Assembly: GCF_006345805.1 (NCBI RefSeq)
Contig: NC_042997.1
Location: forward strand, 210,986,001-211,050,000
Length of the DNA stretch: 64,000 nucleotides
Source of the DNA: Octopus sinensis
Lineage: Eukaryota
Direction: 5' to 3'
The notes under the pieces were generated by a model. It was not told the DNA's origin and did not search any database. It saw nothing but the letters and a program-made list of their open reading frames with translations. The position numbers and the translations under genes were made by a program. Positions 60,650 to 64,000 of the stretch are shown piece after piece (the first letter of the stretch is position 1; every line of letters begins with the position of its first letter).

Positions 60650-61233
60650 ATCCCATACCAATACACATTAAAGTTGTTCCTTTCTTTCTTTCTTTCTTTT
60701 TACTGATTCAACCAATCATTTTGCAGAGAGAGTTAAACACAAAAAAAGGACCCAAAATGGTTCCCCATTTCCTGACTTGTCTCTAAAAAGGTTTCCAATA
60801 ATAGTTTTCTTCCCCTTCAGTATTTCTTTTTATATTTGAACATCACGTGTGGCCTAGTGGTTAGGGTTATCACCCTCGCAATTATGAGATCGTGAGTTCA
60901 ATTCCCGGACCAGGCATCCTCTTGTGTTCTTGAGCTAAACTTTTCATTTTGCATTATTACTCTAGCGCTGTGTGGCAAGCCAAAGAACAGACCCAGCGCT
61001 TACTCTGCATCTTGTAAAAGGTGACTAAAAGAGATTGAGGTAGGAATTACGTTCCAGTCTTATTAAACCCTCATCAGCAACAATTACCCAAACAGCCCCA
61101 TGGGTTGGAGGGTTATCACCTGAATGATGCAGACGTGTCATCTGCCAGGATTAGTAGAGAATCACCAAGAAATGGGGTGTGTCTCCCTATAGCACATTCC
61201 CCCATACTATTACTAGTACTACTACTACTACTA

Positions 61234-61410
61234 CAGGGGTCTCCAAAGTGGTTGATATTCAAGGGTTCGATAAATGCCTGGAAACTACACATCTACTATA
61301 TTCTTATTTATCTATTTTCTTGTGCATGCCTGGGGAGTGGGGGGGGGGTTCGATGAGGAATCAAGGATTCCATGATGGGGTCGATGGTCTAAAAAGTTCG
61401 GGGTCCCCTG
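61234..61410. mobile_element. hAT MITE
   Basis: Termini CAGGGGTCTCCAAAGT / AGTTCGGGGTCCCCTG. 8-bp TSD TACTACTA / TACCACTA (7 of 8 match). Confidence 0.75.
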
Positions 61411-61713
61411 TACCACTACATCTTGTATTATATTAACACCACATATTGATGCCAGGGTACATTTTTTTGTCGGGGTGGGAAGTAAGTGTAAGCGATCATA
61501 TCAAGTCCAGAAAGATAAAAGGCAAAATTGCCCTCGGCTGGCTTTGAACTCAGCACCTCAAGACAACTGCCCCCAGCGAGGCATTTCGTCTGCTACTTCT
61601 CTGACCTAACATTACATCTTTATATCAAACATGACATCTTGCCAAATATTCATTTGTCTGTTGGGGGTTTCTTTGAGATTCAATAACAAAACAAAACAAA
61701 GTTGGAAAGCATA

Positions 61714-62103
61714 GGCGCAGGAGTGACTGTGTGGTAAGTAGCTTGCTAACCAACCACATGGTTGCGGGTTCAGTCCCACTGCGTAGCACCTTGGGCAAGT
61801 GTCTTCTGCTATAGCCCTGGGCCGACCAATGCCTTGTGAGTGGATTTGGTAGACGGAAACTGGAAGAAGCCTGTCGTATATATGTATATATATATATATG
61901 TGTGTGTTTGTCCCCCTAGCATTGCTTGACAACCGATGCTGGTGTGTTTACGTCCCCGTCACTTAGCGATTCGGCAAAAAGAGACCGATAGAATAAGTAC
62001 TGGGCTTACAAAGAATGAGTCCTGGGGTCGATTTGCTCGACTTAAGGCTGTGCTCCAGCATGGCTGCAGTCAAATGACTGAAACAAGTAAAAGAGTAAAG
62101 AGT
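61714..62103 (+). mobile_element. SINE family A
   Basis: Full-length copy. Confidence 0.9.
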
Positions 62104-63171
62104 ACATATATATATATATTTATATATATCATCATCATTATCATCATCATCGTCGTTTAGCATGGAAAACGGACGCTAAACGACGATGATGATGATGATA
62201 TATATAAATGCATGCATATATATAAGTGTGTGTGTCTGTGCATATGCATACATATAACATACACGCCAATGTAAAGGGTGGGTGTATGAGTGTGGTTATT
62301 TGATCACCACTTTAACGGTCCATGGGGCCTCTTTAGAAATGTCTCTCACAGATAAACGAGTTAGTTTCATTAGTTTTATTTGCGGTATTTTATATATTTT
62401 GGTTGAAATCTTCAGAGGAAATTGGAACTTTTGGATGTCTTTCATGTTTTGTGCAGTGAAAAGAATTTATTTCCATGAGAGCTGATAATATGTTTAGTAT
62501 TTGTTAGATTGCAATGTGGAGTTTATTGGTGGTGCCGGCAGATGTTGGGTAAGGCTTGGGGATGGAGTCAATCTTTGAGTTTTGTTGGCTGAAGGGTAGT
62601 GGTGGAGAGAGAGAGGGAATACATAAGGAAAGGAGTCCCTTAGGGTTTGAAGTTTTTATGTAGGAAACGAAATGATTCTGACAGTATAACGGGCAGCACC
62701 AATAGACAGAGAGATTGATGAGTAGAGCGGAGGATATTGTAAGAGGACGCCATGTGAAAATATTACTTTGTTTGTCAACTGGGGGGGGGGGGTGATGACA
62801 AGGATATCCAGCTGTAGAAATTGTCCTAATTGAATTTTGTCTGACCCATGCCAGCACGAAAAATGATGGTGATATGCAGAGTAGCTTTTTCTTTAATAAT
62901 AGTTGGTGTTTTTCCTTAGCAAAGGCAGAGGTATTGTTTTTAATCGTGTTTGTTTGCTCGTCCCTGGACAAGAATTCAGATGAAACTTTCAGGAATGTTT
63001 GGCCTTGTGACTGGCAGGAACTGATTAGATTTTGGGATCAATCGGGTACCAAACAAGGATTCTGGGTTATTTTTCTAGTTTTTCTACTCAATTTTTGAGA
63101 GTGGTCAGGTTCGTTTTTAGTATTCTCATTTGTGAGAGTAATCGAGTTTATTTCAGATATTCTCATTTTAA

Positions 63172-63460
63172 TAATAATAATAATAATAATAAACATTGTG
63201 TACAGTGCTCAGGTGCACTACAACTCATCTAAAGTGTATATATAATCAGGTGTAGTTTCGACGGATTTCGGAAAGCATGAGGGCCTTAAAGGATGCAGTG
63301 TCATGGCAGTCAACAACTGACGCAGGCAGTTTATTCCATGCTTCAGCAACTCTGAGCGTGAAAAAATGTTTCCGAAAGTCATGGGAGCTGTGTTGTTTTC
63401 TGACCTTGTAGGCATGTCCACGTGTGTTAGACACATGGAGATCAAAAAGGTGTTCAGTGT
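63172..63460 (-). mobile_element. CR1/L2-group LINE 3' end (subfamily b)
   Basis: TEHLFDLHVSNTRGHAYKVRKQH..WNKLP..RRNYT, with (ATT)n tail. Confidence 0.85.
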
Positions 63461-64000
63461 TAAAACTCATCTCTGGCTAATCATTAAGAAGATGTTGGTG
63501 TTGCCTTGGCAGGGGTTTGTGCTCTCTGAGTGCTCTTGTTCCTATTTATTTTTTGCCCCCTCATTTCATCTGCAGTGTGTCCTAAGAATGTGAATTTCAA
63601 CCTCCAAATTAGCTTTATTTGTCGCTGAAAATAAACTTACTGCCATTAGAGGAGAAGAATTTGAAGAGAACATTCTGGAATTAGGGGTAAACAAGGAATT
63701 ACTGTCAGAGTAATTACAAGATTTCTTGGAATCTATTCTAAATGGCATCAGTCATAGGGTGGGGGTTATTAGTAATTTAAGATGGAAATTGTGTAGGTTA
63801 CTGGTGTCCGTGGCCATTTTCGGTCACCCAGCACTGGTGTTGTTGACGTTCCATTGGAATATCTAGAGAAGATAATTGTTAAAAGTATGTAGAAGTTACA
63901 AGAATGTGGCAGTCGTAGCAGTTCCAAAGGAGGAATTTGAAATTCTGCTACTAATTCTTTTGACTTGCTTCAAAATAAATATATCTCTGATTCTATTCTT

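Noticed and set aside
63588-63710. Plus-strand stretch STSKLALFVAENKLTAIRGEEFEENILELG as PX exon 2
   Set aside because: The nearby acceptor (CTGCAG) hits a stop in phase 1, and there is no similarity to PX C-terminal helices.

Overview
AT-rich, repeat-saturated eukaryotic DNA. The SINE families, (TA)n/(CAT)n microsatellites and mariner/RTE/CR1 debris point to an Octopus (cephalopod) genome; the species is inferred, not proven. The only convincing host gene segment is the first coding exon of a PX-domain protein (PXDC1-like, 16622-16880, +). It lies 300 bp downstream of a 100-N assembly gap, and I found no second exon in the remaining 47 kb. The rest is mainly transposable elements: four SINE families, 5'-truncated LINEs (CR1/L2, RTE, Tx1/L1, an RLE-type element), a decayed Ty3/gypsy with its 5' LTR, mariner, hAT, piggyBac, Merlin-like and Helitron non-autonomous elements. 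The most interesting signal is a set of short elements of unrelated sequence inserted in (TA)n tracts. Several carry type I hammerhead ribozymes with palindromic stem III. Several have the architecture (TA)n - tail - arm - short loop - inverted arm - (TA)n, with near-perfect hairpins of 21-247 bp that place a ribozyme on both strands. They are best read as extremely truncated Penelope-like/retrozyme insertions with inverted pseudo-LTRs. All alignments and folds were done by eye, and SINE/LINE boundaries are approximate.
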